Assembly: GCF_009914755.1 (NCBI RefSeq)
Contig: NC_060932.1
Length of the DNA stretch: 64,000 nt
DNA from: the human T2T-CHM13v2.0 reference genome, Homo sapiens
Reading direction: 5' to 3' (one strand)
Made by a program: the position numbers and the translations under genes
Shown here: one piece after another, positions 11,600 through 24,642 of the stretch
How the letters are laid out: the number at the start of each line of letters is the position of its first letter
Position numbering within the stretch: the stretch's first letter is position 1
The notes under the pieces: model-generated
Told to the model about the DNA's origin: nothing
What the model saw: only the letters and a program-made list of their open reading frames with translations
Databases searched by the model: none

Positions 11600-12668
11600 A
11601 AATACCTAACTCTTCAATACCCAGACACAAAGAACCTCTACAGGCATCAAGATCATCCAGGAAAACACAACCTCATCAAGTGAACTTTAAATTAGGCACC
11701 AGGGACCAGTCCTGGAGAAACAGAGATATGTGACCTTTCAGACAGAGAACTCAACATAGTTATTTGTTTCTTTGAACTCAAAGAAATTCAAGATTACACA
11801 GAGAAGGGATTCAGAATTCTATTGGATAAATTTAATGAAGAGATTTAAATAATTTTTAAAAATCAAAGAGAAATTCTGGAGCTGAAAAAAGCAATTGGTA
11901 CATAAGCAGAATATGTATGAAAAAATAATGAATAAATTTAAATAATATATTTCAAACATGTTTGTAAATGCAGTTGGCATAATGAAGAATGCCACAGTGT
12001 CTCTTAATAGTAGAATTGATCAGGCAGAAGAAAGAATTAGTGAATTTAAAGACAGCCTATTTGAAAATACACAGAGGAGACTAAAAATAAAATAAAAAAG
12101 AGTTAGGCATGTCTGCAAGATTTAGAAAATAGCCACAAAAGGGCAAATCTAAGAGCTATGGGCCTTAAAGAAGAGGTAGAGAAAGAGACAGGCATAGAAA
12201 GTTTATTCAAAGAAATGACAGAGAACTTCTCAAACCTACAGAAAGATATCAATATCCAAGTACAAGAAGGTTATAGAACACCAAGCAGATTTAACAAAGA
12301 AGACTACCTTAAGACATTTAATAATCAAACAGCCAAACTTCAAGATAAAAAAGGATTCTAAAAGCAGGAAGAGAAAAGAAACAAATGACATACGATGGAG
12401 CTCCTCTAATATGTCTGGTAGCAAATTTTTCAGTGGAAATCTGGCAGGCCAGGAAAAAGCGGTATGACATATTTAAAGTGCTGAGGGGAAAAAAAAATTT
12501 TTACCCTAGAATACTATATCCCAGGAAAATATTCTTCAAACATAAAGGAGGAATAGATTCTCCCAGACAAACAAAAGCTGAGGGACTTCCCAGATGACAA
12601 ACAACAGACTTATCTTACAAGAAATGCTAAATGGAAACCTTCAACCATAAAGAAAAGAACTTTAATGA
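11600..12668 (+). pseudogene. L1 ORF1 remnant (frameshifted, stops)
   Basis: ORF-track peptides GLKEEVEKETGIESLFKEMTENFSNLQKDINIQVQEG and YDIFKVLRGKKNFYPRILYP are ORF1p-like. Confidence 0.85.
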
Positions 12669-14489
12669 GCAATGACAGATCATATGAAGGTACAAAAGTC
12701 ATTAGTAATAGTAAGCACACAGAAAAACCTAGATTATTATAACACTATAACTGTGGTCTTAAGTAGAAACACTAAATGATGAACCAATCAAAAACAGTAA
12801 CTACAACAACTTATCAAAACAGAGTAAAATAAGATATAAATAGAACAACAAAAAGTTAAAAAGCATGGGAACAAAGTTAAAGCATAAAGTCTTTATTAGT
12901 TTTATTTTTGCTTGTTTATCCAAACAGTGTTAAGTTGTCATCAGTTTAAAATAATGGGTTATAAGATAGTATTTGCAAACCTCATGGTAACCTCAAATTT
13001 AAAAACATACAATGGACATGCCAAAAATTAAAAGCAAGAAACTAAATCATGTCACCAGAGAAAATCACCGTCACTAAAAGGAAGACAGGAAGAAAGAAAA
13101 GGAGGAAAAGAATGCCACAAAGCAACCAGAAAACAAATAACAAAATGGCAGGAGTAAGTTCTTATCAATAACAACATTAAATGTAAATGAACTAAATTCT
13201 TTCATCAAAAGATATAGAGTGGCTGAATGGATTGAAAAAACAAGACCCAATTATCTGTTGCCTACAAGAAACACACTTCACTTATAAAGATACATGTAGA
13301 CTGAAAGTAAAGGAATATAAAAAGATATGCCATGCCAATGGAAGCCAAAAAAGAGCAGGAGTTGCTATAATTATATTAGACAAAATAGACTTCAAGACAA
13401 AAATTATAAGAAAAAACAAAAAAGTTACTATATAATGACAAATGGGCCAATTCAGCAAGAGGATATAAAAATTGTAAACATATGGACACCCAATAATGAA
13501 GCAATCAGATATATAAAGCAAATATTATTAGAGAGGATAGGCCCAAGTACAACAACATCTGGAGACTTCAACACCCTACTTTCAGCTTTGGACAGATCTT
13601 CCAGACAGAAAATCAACAAAGAAACACTGGACTTCATCTGCACTAAAGACCAAATAGAACTCATAGATATTTACAGAACATTAGATCATTCTCAAGGATA
13701 GACCACATGTTATATTACAAAATGTCTTTAAACATTCAAAACATTTAAACAATATCAACCATCTTCTCTGACCACAGTGGAATAAAACTACAAATCAAGA
13801 ACAAGAGGAATCTTGGAAACTATACAAATACACGGAAGTTAAACAATATGCTTCTAAATGACCAGTGGGTCAATGAAGAAATTAAGAAGGAAATTGAAAA
13901 AATTCTTGAAACAAATTATAATGGAAACACAACATAACAAAACCTATGGGATATAGCAAAAGCAGTATTAAGAGGGAAGTTTATAGGTGTAAGTACCTAT
14001 ATTTAAAAAGACTTTAAATAACTTAATTATGCATCTTGAAGACTTAGAAAGGCAAGAGCACAGCAAACCCAAAAGTAGTAGAAGAAAATAAATAATAAAA
14101 ATCAGAGAAGAAATAAATGAAATTGAAATAAAGAAAACAATACAAAGGATCAATGAAACAAAAACCTTTTGAAAACATAAACAAAATTGACAAGCCTTTA
14201 GCTAGGCTAACTAAGAAAATAAGAGAAAAGATCTAAATAAGTAAAATCAGGAATGAAAAAGGAGACATTACAACTAATACCACAAAAATTCACAGGATCA
14301 TTACTGATTACTATGAGAAACTATATGCCAGTAAATGTGAAGATGTAGAAGAAATGAAATTTAACCTTCCAAGATTGAACCAGGAAGAAATCCAAAACCT
14401 GAACAGACTAATAACTAGCAACAAGACTGAAGCCATAATAAAAAGTCTGCCAGTAAAAAAACCCAGAACCCAAATTCACTGCTGAATTT

Positions 14490-14627
14490 CACCATTTAAA
14501 GAAGAAGTAATAGCAATTCTACTCAAACTCTTCCAAAAGATAGAGGAGGAGAAAATACACCATTTAAAGAAAAAGTAACAGCAATTCAACTCAAACTCTC
14601 CCAAAAGATAGAGGAGGAGGAAATACA
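14490..14627 (+). repeat. 68-bp tandem duplication, 2 copies
   Basis: 'caccatttaaagaa...ccaaaagatagaggaggag' starting at 14490 and 14558. Confidence 0.95.
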
Positions 14628-15786
14628 TCCAAACTCATTCAAAAAGGCTAGTATTACCCTAATACCAAAAGGAGACAAAGAACACCAAAAAAAAAATAAA
14701 ATTACAGGCAAATATTTCTGATGAATACTTATGCAATAATCCTCAACAAAATACTTGCAAACTGAATTGAACAACACATGAGAAAGATCATTCATCACAA
14801 ATGACCAAGTGGGATTTATCCCTAGGATGCAAGGGTAGTTCAATATGCATGAATCAAACAATGTGATATACTATAACAAGAGAATGAAGGACAAAAACCA
14901 TATGAACATTTCAATTGATGCAGAAAAGGCATTTGATAATATTTAACATCCTTTCATAGTAAGAACACTCAGATATACCCCAACATAATAAAAGCTATAT
15001 ATGACAAACCCACAGCTAGTATCATGCTAAATGGAGAAAATCTAAAAGCCTTTCTTCTAATATCGGGAACATGACAAGGATGCCCACATTCACCACTGTT
15101 AATCAACATAGTATGGGAAGTCCTAGCTGGAGCAATCAGACAAGAGAAAGAAATAGAGGACATCCAAATTGGAAAGGAAGAAGTCAAATTATCCTTGTTT
15201 GCAGATGATATAACCTTATATTTGGAAAATCATAGAAACTGTAGCAAAAACCTATTAGAACTGATAAATTCAGAAAAGTTGCAAAATACAAAATCAATAC
15301 ACAAAAATCAATAACATTTTCATATGCCAACAGTGAATATTCTGGAAATTAAAAAAGTAATCCCATTTACAATAATCACAAATAAAATTAAATACCTAAA
15401 AATTAACTAATGTTGTAAAAGATCTGTATAATGAAAATTATAAAATGTTAATGAAAGAAATCAAAGAAGACTCCAAAAAATGAAAAGATATTCCACGTTC
15501 ATGTATTGGAAGAATCAATATTGTCAACAATGTCCATACTACTCAAAGTCATCTACAGATTCAACGCAATCCCTATCAAAATACCAAAGACATTCCTCAC
15601 ATCAATAAAAAAGCAACCCTAAAATTTATATGGAACCAGGAAAGTCCCTGAATAGCCAAAGCTATCTTAAACAAAAAGAACAAAAAAAAAAACAAAACCA
15701 GAGGAATCACATTATTTGACTTCAAATTATACTACAGAGTTACAGTAATCAAAACAGCATAGTACTGGCATAAAAACAGACACATA

Positions 15787-16066
15787 TCACGCCTGTAATC
15801 CCAGCACTTTGGGAGGCTGAGACGGGCGGATCCCAAGGTCAGGAGATTGAGACCATCCTGGCTAACACAGTGAAACCCTGTCTCTATTAAAAATACGAAA
15901 AATTAGCCAGGCGTGGTGGCAGGCACCTGTAGTCCCAGCTACTCTGAAGGCTGAGGCAAGAGAATGGCATGAACCCAGGAGGCAGAGCTTACAGTAAGCC
16001 GAGATTGCACCACTGCACTCCAGCCTGGGTGACAGAGTGAGACTCCGTCTCAAAAAAAAAAAAAAA
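15787..16066 (+). mobile_element. AluY, slightly 5'-truncated, inside L1 ORF2
   Basis: AluY diagnostics 'gaccatcctggctaacac', 'gaatggcatgaaccc', 'gagctt'; A15 tail; 'agacacat' on both flanks. Confidence 0.95.
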
Positions 16067-17779
16067 GACACATGGACCAATGGAACAGAATAGAGAATCA
16101 AAAACCAAATCCACATACCTACAGTGAACTCATTTTTGACAAAGAGGCCAAGAACATACACTGGGGAAAAGACAGTCTCTTCAGTAAATGGTACTGGGTA
16201 AAGTGGATATCCATATGCAGAAGAATGAAAGTAAACCCTTACCTATTGCCATATGCAAAAACCAAATAAAAATGAACTAAAGATTTAAATCTAAGACCAT
16301 AAAAGTTTAAACTACTACAGGAAAACTTTGAGGAAACACTCCAGGACTTTGGAGTTGGCAAAGACTTCTTGAGTAGCACCCCATAAGCACAGGCAACCAA
16401 AGAAAATATGGACAAATGGAATCATATCAAGTTAAAAAGCTTCTGCACAGCAAAGGAAACAATCAAAAAACTGAAAAGACAATCCACAGAATGGGAGAAA
16501 ATATTTGCAAACTATCCATCTGACAACAGATTAATAACCAGAATATAAAAGGAGCTCAAACAATTTTATAGGAAAAAAACTTAATATTCCATTTTTAAAA
16601 TGGGCAAAAGATTTGAATAGATATTTCTCAAAAGAAGACATACAAATGGCAAACAGCCATATAAAAAGTTACTCAACATTATTCATTGTCAGAGAAATAC
16701 AAATCAAAACTACAATGAGATATCATCTTATACCAGTTAAAATGTCTTATATCCAATAGATAGGCAATAAAAAATGCTAGTAAGGATACGACCAAAGGGA
16801 ACCCTCATATACTGTTGGTGGGAATGTAGACTAGTACAACCACCATGGAAAACCATTTAGAGGTTCCTTAAAAAACTTAAAATAGAGCTACCGTATGATC
16901 CAGCAATCTCACTCCTGGGCTTATATCCAAAAGAAAGAACATCAACATATCAAAGAGATATCTGCATTCTCATAGTTGTTGCAGTACTGTCCACAATATC
17001 CAAAATTTGGAAGCAACCTAAGTGCCCATCAACAGATAAGTGGACAAAGAAAAATGTTCTACTTATACACAATGGAGTACTATTCAGCCATAAAAAAATG
17101 AGATCCTATCATTTGTACAAACATGGATAGAACCAGTGTTCATTATGTTAAGTGAAATAAACCAGGCACAGAAAGACAAATATCACATGTTCTCACTTAT
17201 CTATAGGAGTTAAAATTTAAAATTTAAAACTGAAGTCCTGGAGATAGAGTGTAGAAGAATGGTTACCAGAGGCTGAGAAGAGTAGTTAGGGGACAGGGGG
17301 AAGTGGGGATGGTTAGTATGTACAAAAAAAAAGAAAGAATGAAGAAGACCTGGTATTTGATAGCACACCAGGGTTACTATAGTCAATAATAATTTAATTG
17401 TACATTTAAAAATAACTAAGAGTATAATTGGATTGTTTTAACACAAAGGATAAATGCTTGAGGCAATAGATACCCTATTTTATCCAATGTATCAAAACAT
17501 CTAATGTACCCCATAAATATATATACCTACTATATGCTCACAAAAAATAAAATTAAAAGGTTTAAAAAATATTAAAATAAATTTTTTTGAATATGCATTT
17601 GGTGTGGATTTATGAGAGACAGACTGAGATGTGTAATAGCATTAGAATTTATCATGAATGCCTGGAGGAATTTTGAGAGAGGAGTGACCCTACAAAGTCA
17701 GGCATTAGAAACTCTGTAAAGTATAACGATAGTTAGCCAGTATAGTGTGGACTCTGACTACAAGAATTTGAATAGTGAC

Positions 17780-18357
17780 TGGGGTAGACAACCTCTATGA
17801 TAGCCCCAGTGAGCCCCACCTTTTGGAATTTATGCCTTTGTCCTCTCCTTCCATCAAATAGAATGCAGCGAAGATGATAGGATGTCACTAGTGACATTAG
17901 GTTACAAAAGATTATGGCTTCTATCTTAGGTGTTATCTCTCTTTCTTTTTCTCTCTCTCACCTCTACTCCTCATGTGTGCATCTGCACATCATAGTTTCT
18001 ATTACTCCTACTATCTTTTGCTCACTCTCTCTCAGATCACTAGTCCTGGGGAAAATTAAGTGCAATCTCATGAGACTACACTGTAGAGATAGCCACGTGT
18101 TCAGGAACCAAGGCCTGCTAAAAACCACATGAGAGAGATTAGAATTGAATTCCCCAACTCCCACAGTCTAGCTTCCAGATGAAACTGCAGCCCAGCACAA
18201 TAGCTTGACTGCCACTGATGAGAGACCTTGAACCAAAAGCACCAGACAAGCTGTGCCCAGATTCTTTACCCACACATGTAGTGTGATTATTAGTGTTTGC
18301 TGTTTTAAGCTGCTAGATTTGGGGTAATTTGTCATGTAGTCATGTCGAAGTAATATA
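17780..18357 (+). mobile_element. MaLR solo LTR (MLT1F-like) inside a MIR
   Basis: 'gtagacaacctctatgatagcccc...ggatgtcact...gttacaaaaga' and 3' 'tgttttaagctgctagatttggggtaatttgt'. Confidence 0.8.
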
Positions 18358-18550
18358 TCTGCTATTCCATATTAGCCAGGTGGCCTTGGCCAAATTATTT
18401 AACTTTCTGGGCTTCAGTTTTGTCATCTGTAAAATAAGTCCTTAAAAATATCTAACTTATAAGATTACCATGAATTATAAATGAGATAATACATTTAAAC
18501 TATTAGAGTAGTCCAGAGAACACATAAGTCTTCACTAAATGTTAGCTATT
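18358..18550 (+). mobile_element. MIR (3' part)
   Basis: Core 'ccttggccaaattatttaactttctgggcttcagttttgtcatctgtaaaat'. Confidence 0.8.
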
Positions 18551-19494
18551 GCCTTTATAATAAATATTATAACAGATATTGGCATTGGTAGATAAGGTCA
18601 CAACTAAGATGGGAGCTTACTTGGGAACTGAAGAGTTGCACATGTAAAAGAATACCTAACTAAAAATGCTTTAAGCCATAAAGTAAATTGTCAAGTTAAC
18701 AAAACTGAGATCCAGAGAGGGAACTTAAGGACGATTATTAAGGCCTCTAAATCATTTTCTCTGCAATTTTCCTGACTCCTCCCTCTCTTGTCTTTCAGCT
18801 TGGTCCTTAGACTGGCTTCCAACACACAGTCAAGCAAACCACAGTAATCTTAGTCTTCATGCACTCATAACACAAATCCAACAGAGCTTCTCTTTGCCCA
18901 GGGAATCCAGTGTTTCACAGTGAGTGGGCCAACTTAGGTTGTAAAGCTATACATGGAAGGTTACACATGGACCTATCAGTTTGACCATGAGAAAGTACAT
19001 CATTACCTGGATTAAATGTATTTCCTGCAATCAATCACAATGTGAAGATGTTAAGGATATGGTATTATATCCCATGAGGTATCATTGTTGGAAATGTGAG
19101 TGTGGCCAGTCTCATTGTAACACATGGTTACTGCTAATGGAGGAAACATAGAATGGGTTACTATGGAGGAAATAATAATGTCACACACAGGAAGGTATTT
19201 CAGTAGTCCAACTATGAGCTCAGATGATTTGCACTAGGGAAATCAGTAGCAATGGGGACAAAATAATCAATATGGTAAGTGTCACAGTTGAGAAGAAACG
19301 TTATAGAAAATATGGGTAAGTGTCAGACTTGAGAAGGAAGATTATAGAAACACAATAGAATTTGGTACCCAAATGAATGGAGTAGCTGAGGGAGAAAAGA
19401 GATTTGAAGAGTTCTAAGACCAGGAAAATGACAAGGAATTACACTTATCGAGCTAAAAGTCTCAGAAGGACAAGCAGCTTAAAATAGATGAAGA

Positions 19495-20630
19495 GTAATG
19501 TCACCAAGATGGAAAAATAGGAGTTCTCTGGCTGGGCACTGTGGTTCATGCCTGTAATCCCAGCACTTTGGGATGCCTAGGTGGGCGAATCACTTGAGGT
19601 CGGGGTTTGAGACCATCCTGGCCAACATGGTGAAACTTCATCTCTACTAAAAATACAAAAACTAGCTGAGCATGGTGGCAGGTGCCTGTAATCCCAGCTA
19701 CTTGGGAGGCTGAGGCAAGAGAATTGCTTAAACTCAGGAGGTGGAGGTTGCAGTGAGCCAAGATTGTGCAAGTACACTCCACCCTGGGTGACAAAGCAAG
19801 ACTCCATCTCAAAAAAAAAAAAGAATGGGAGTTCTCTGGCTTCATTTCCTCATATAGAAGTTCAACTAACAACTATCCACAGGCAAAAAAATACCATCAT
19901 GAATATCTCAGAAATTGGGAGTAAGGTTGAGACATCCTCCTGGACCACAGAACCAAGAAAATCTATGATTAAACAGTAAGAGAAACAGTCCTCCTTGACC
20001 ATGCTGCCCCTCCCCTAAGGTGTCACAGCACCACACAGAGAATTCCTTCCAAACTATGGTTTCTATAGGAGGAAAAGTGAGTTGGAAGTGGGCATTCAGC
20101 TTCCTCACCATTTTGGGACCTTTTGGGGACCTTTTTCGGACCTTTTTCAGGAGGCTCACTCCTGAAATGTTTCATGGGAAACATTGGGAGTACTGGCAGG
20201 GCTAGATCACCTGAGATCAGTTAGAAACAAAAATCATGGGTGGCATTCACAGTACCCAGTGTACAAGTGTTGGTGGTTGCTCTGCATTCCAGCCAATGAA
20301 AGTGCCACATCAGAAAAACTAGCCAACAGCATCACCCTGCAAGAAACATGGTCCATGGGTCTCCCAGGCACAAATCCTTAGCCAGCTTTCTCACACAGCC
20401 TAGGTGCTCTCTTTAAGTCTTCCCCAGGTTGAAAGACAACTGCAAGTCAGCAATTACCTGTGGAGAAAACATCAGGCCCTGCCCAACCCTGGTGGCAGAG
20501 AGGTGATCCAATTAAGTTTCAGTGCTCAAATTAAGTATTCCCCAAATCAGGAGGCAACTTCAGGGCAGCAATTACTCATGGGAGGAGCCCAACTCTAACA
20601 GTGGAGAGGTGATCCAACTAAGCTTTTTCC
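19495..20630 (+). mobile_element. Old L1M 5'UTR-only fragment
   Basis: Starts 'gtcaccaagatgg' followed by 'aactaacaactatccac', like L1M 5' ends; no ORF1 follows. Confidence 0.65.
19530..19821 (+). mobile_element. AluS
   Basis: Full dimer with A tail; 16-bp TSD aaaataggagttctct / agaatgggagttctct. Confidence 0.95.
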
Positions 20631-22545
20631 CTGTTAAAATAAATAAAAAGGCAAAGCATAATAATAGATTTTCTAGTACCTAAAACCACAATCTTGAGCA
20701 ATTTCGAGCCTCCTGTATTTTCGCTTCCTTTAGAAAGCACTTTCTCTTCTACTTGTTTTGTTTCCTTCTGAATTTTGATCCTATTTTGATAGCAACTACT
20801 GTCTCCATTTGACAGAGAAGGATAACCTTAGCATAGAGAAGAAATAGGACTTTATAGAAGATGTGCAATGGTTCTGTTCTTCAACTCACTTCTAAATGGA
20901 GAAGAGATTCCTATGCATGTTGATAAAAGTCTTTTATTTTATCTATTATTCACCCCTAATCTAGAGCAGGATTTGAAAAACTAGTGGCCTGTGAGTACTT
21001 TCCATATGACAATGATGTATAATGCAAAGTGGAAGGCATTTCTAGGTGGGAATCAGGAGGTCTGAATTGTCTCACAAAATTGTCTTCTGAAATAGACATG
21101 AATTTATTCACATGTGACAAAAGTGGAAACTGATGTTCAGCGATGTAAAATCACTTCCCACACTTAAGACGGTAGTAAGTGTTGGAATTATCTTCCTAAT
21201 TCTGGTCTTTCTGATTTCAACGTCAACATTCTCCTGTTAAAACTTGCAGCATGGGAATAACATACATGTTATTCACTCCTTCATTCACTTAATCCATCTG
21301 ATACTGACACAAAAAGTTCTACCAACCTCAGGTACAATTACGAATGTGTGATCCTCCCACTTGCCAGATTAGAAAGAAGTCATTTGTTTTGAGATTCTAA
21401 TTTTCCACTAAATTGCACTAAAACACAAACTGTACATTGTCAAAAAGGGTCATTCTTTCAAAATTACATTACAGCAGGCAGAGTACCAAATTCCAACCTG
21501 CAGCTACTGGCATGACTTATCATTCTAGGTTGTTGTAATGGAATACAGGTCATCATGGCAATATTGTCTCATTAGTCAAACTGCTTGCTCAGAGCACTAC
21601 TATTCTTCAAAAAGGAATAATCTAACAACATAAGCCAAAGGGATTCCAGGCTGAGACTGGTGTTCAGTTTCACCATCACATTAAGCTACTGTTCCCCAGA
21701 GTATAGCACTGTGTTGAGGTGGCTGGATCTGGAAGCAATTCTGACAGCACTCACAGTAGGAGGCAACCAGCCCACCTCCAAGGAAATCTAGATCCAGCCT
21801 ATCAGCATAGACTGTCTCATACTGAAGAATAATTTTATTTAAAGAGTCTCATTGCGTTTGTCTGCACCTGGGTAGTCAGTCATTCCACCCAGCTTCACTC
21901 TGATAATTCTCTCTTAATCACTATCTCAGGGAGAAAAGACAGTTTGTTGTCCCTTCTCTTTTAAAAAGCTGCAAGATCCTCATGCAAATTTATTCACCTC
22001 TTCTGCAGAGATCAACATTGCATACCATTCATCTAGAGACTGACACTCTTAATGAAGTTATACAAGTTTGCTATACGCTATCTCAACACAATGGCTATTT
22101 TACTCTTGCTATATATTTGCATAATTAAGTGGCCCACTTAAATAAGCCTTCACAAGAAAGTCAGCTACTTTTGATTAAGATTTTAAAACAAACAAAAACC
22201 AACGCTTTACTTTGGTACAGATCAATAAACATTTAAATGATATTTATGGAACATTTACTTGGTATCAGACATTGAATACAATGACCTGGTCTTGGCTTTC
22301 AGAGCTCACAGAGTAGTAAGTGGGTGAACAACTAGATCTCAGTACAAGAAAACATAGTAAATGCTAGAAGAGAGTAATATATGGAACACCCAAGAGAAAA
22401 CAATTCATTTTATATTGGGAAAGGAGGGTAGGGGCAGTGGACAGTGAAGAGGCAACACTTAAACCAAGAGTTGAACATTTCACCAAGTGTAGAAATCAGG
22501 ACAAATATCTATTTTTTGCAAAGGCAAGATAAGTTCATGTCCAAT

Positions 22546-22961
22546 TGTGATGATCTTTTGGATATATCAATTTGGCTAGCCTACATTCCTCCATTATTAA
22601 GTAAAACACTAATCTATGTGTTGCTGTGAAAGCATTTTGTAGATGTGATTAAAGACCGTAAGCAGTTGCCTTTAAGTAAGGGAGATTATTTTAGATAATC
22701 TAGGTGGGCAAAATTCAATTGGTTGAATGAAAATCAGTGTTCTGGCTTCCTTAAGAGAAAGAAAAATTCCATCTGTGGAGAGAAGCTTCAGTCCATGTCC
22801 AAAAGTTCCAGTCTTTCTTTTCTGATGACTTGCCCTATGGATTTCGGACTTGCCTAGCCAGTCCCTACAATCACATAATCTAATTCATTGCAAAAAATCT
22901 TTTAATATTTATGTCCTACTGGTTCTGCTTCACTGGTTGACCTGATTAGTTGACTGATACA
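22546..22961 (+). mobile_element. ERVL LTR, MLT2D-like
   Basis: 'tgtgatg...aacactaatctatgtgttgctgtgaa...ttttgtagatgtgattaa...ctactggttctgcttc...gactgataca'. Confidence 0.85.
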
Positions 22962-23163
22962 AATTTTGTTACCTAGAATTTGGATGCTGGGAAAACAAAT
23001 ACTTAGAAATGGCTTTGGAATTGGACAATGGGCAGAAGCTGGAAAAATTTTGAGGAGCATGACAGAAAAAGCTTAGATTGCCTTGAAGGGACTATTAGTA
23101 GAAATATGCACATTAAAGACTCTTCTAGTGATGGCTCAGAGGGAAATGAAGACCACTGTAGAA
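22962..23163 (+). mobile_element. Start of LTR-element internal region (MaLR-int-like)
   Basis: PBS-like 'aattttgttacc' directly after the LTR, then 'ggctttggaattggacaatgggcagaagctggaaaaattttgagg'. Confidence 0.7.
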
Positions 23164-23609
23164 AGGCAATGTCTCAAGAGGTCAGGAAACTAAAAATACA
23201 AGTGAATAAGCCACTGCAAAGTAGAGCAGAGTTTTTGTCAATGCTAAGGTATTGAGGAATCCAAAAGTTGAAGGTCAAAACCTGCTTTAAGGAAAGCCCA
23301 ATTGAACACCCAGGCCTGAGTTAGTACCCCCAGAGGGCTACACCTAGGAGTGGGGGCAAATACAAATTCAGATATATCCATGCAAACATAGCAAACCCAG
23401 CCTTGAAGAAACTCCATTCTTGATTATGATGACTTGTTCCTGCCTTAGATGCCTATTAGAGAAAAGGATAAACCCTCCATGGAGGAAAAGAGCATCCCCT
23501 AGAGCCTCTACAATTTTTAACACACAATGTCAGGTCTTCAATATAAAAGTAAGCATAACAAAAACCAAGATGAACAGAAAAAGATATTGAAATAGATCTA
23601 CAAATGACT

Positions 23610-24132
23610 GGTCTTCAATATAGTAAATACCTACAGTAGACTATCACAAACTTGGAGACTTAAAAGAATATTCATTCATTATCTCAGTTTCTGAAGTTTT
23701 GAAGTCCATGCACAGTATACTGGGTCCTTTGTTCAGGATTTCACAAGGCTGAAATCAGTGAGGCTGCATTCCTAGCTTGGGGTCCTCTTCCAGGCTCATT
23801 CAGGTTGTTGGAAGAATTCAGTTCCTCGTGGTTGTTGATGTAATGGCCCCACTTTCTTCCTGACTCTACTAATCATGTGGTCCTCTCACAAGTTGGAAGC
23901 TTACTTCTTCAAAGCCAGAAGAACTTTTCTTCAGTCTGCTTTGAAGGAGTCTTATCAGAAGAGTGACTAGCTCATCCTCTCTGTTACATAATATAGTCTA
24001 ATCAGTGATATCCTATGAAATTTACTGGTAGCACTCACACTCAAGAGGGAAGGGATCATACATGGAATGTGTACACTAGGTGGGAAGTGTGAGAAACATC
24101 TTGGGGGCCATTTTACAATTCTTCCTACTACA
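23610..24132 (-). mobile_element. MaLR solo LTR (MLT1E-like)
   Basis: 'ctcattcaggttgttggaagaattcagttcct', end 'ggggccattttacaattcttcctactaca'; perfect TSD tgact (23605-23609, 24133-24137). Confidence 0.85.
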
Positions 24133-24642
24133 TGACTCAAATATTGGTTTTATCTGTAACTAATATGTAAAATAAAATATATAGCAAAATGGGTAATTTC
24201 ACCAAAGAAATTGAATAAATTAAAAATCTAAATAGAAATATTAGAACTAAAAAATGCAGTAAGTTAAATTTAAAACTTAATAGGTGGATTTAACAGCAAA
24301 TTAGATGGAGGAAAAGAAAGAATTAGTCAAATGGAGTATAGATCAGTAGAAAATATACTAACTGAAACAAGAAGAGTAAAAAATATGGAAAATATAGAAA
24401 GAGGGTAAGATATATGTATATTTTACTAATATACATGTAATTGAAGTCCCAGAAGAGGACTAAAAAGAGAATAAGGCATAAAGAATAATTGAGGAGAAAA
24501 AATATATCAAGCAACCCAAGTGAGACAAATTCAAAGGAAACTACGGATAAACATATCATAGTCAAATGTCTGAAAACCAAAAAGAATAAAATTAAAACAG
24601 ACAGAAAAAAATACATTAACTTCAAAAGAGAAATAAGACTTA

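Larger units (their letters stand above)
13145..17213 (+). pseudogene. L1 ORF2 (endonuclease/reverse transcriptase) remnant
   Basis: DPIICCLQETH and GDFNTLLS endonuclease motifs; RT FADD codons at 15198-15209; DQWNRIE motif; many stops, deletions and an AluY insertion. Confidence 0.9.
9627..17581 (+). mobile_element. Near full-length inactive LINE-1, L1MA2-like
   Basis: 5' start 'ggggcagagcaagatggc', about 2 kb 5'UTR, ORF1 and ORF2 remnants, L1MA1-3-type 3'UTR ('gtatttgatagcaca...aacacaaaggataaatgcttgagg'), decayed A tail. Confidence 0.93.

Noticed and set aside
13145-17213. Active L1 retrotransposon
   Set aside because: ORF2 has many stops, deletions, a 68-bp duplication and an AluY insertion.
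18560-19200. Possible very old MaLR LTR remnant
   Set aside because: Too diverged to define ends or family by eye.
19546-19872. Alu-derived ORFs (also 15862, 25297, 26523, 35900, 36973, 47726, 58102, 58212)
   Set aside because: They are standard Alu translations ([16 protein letters not shown] motifs).
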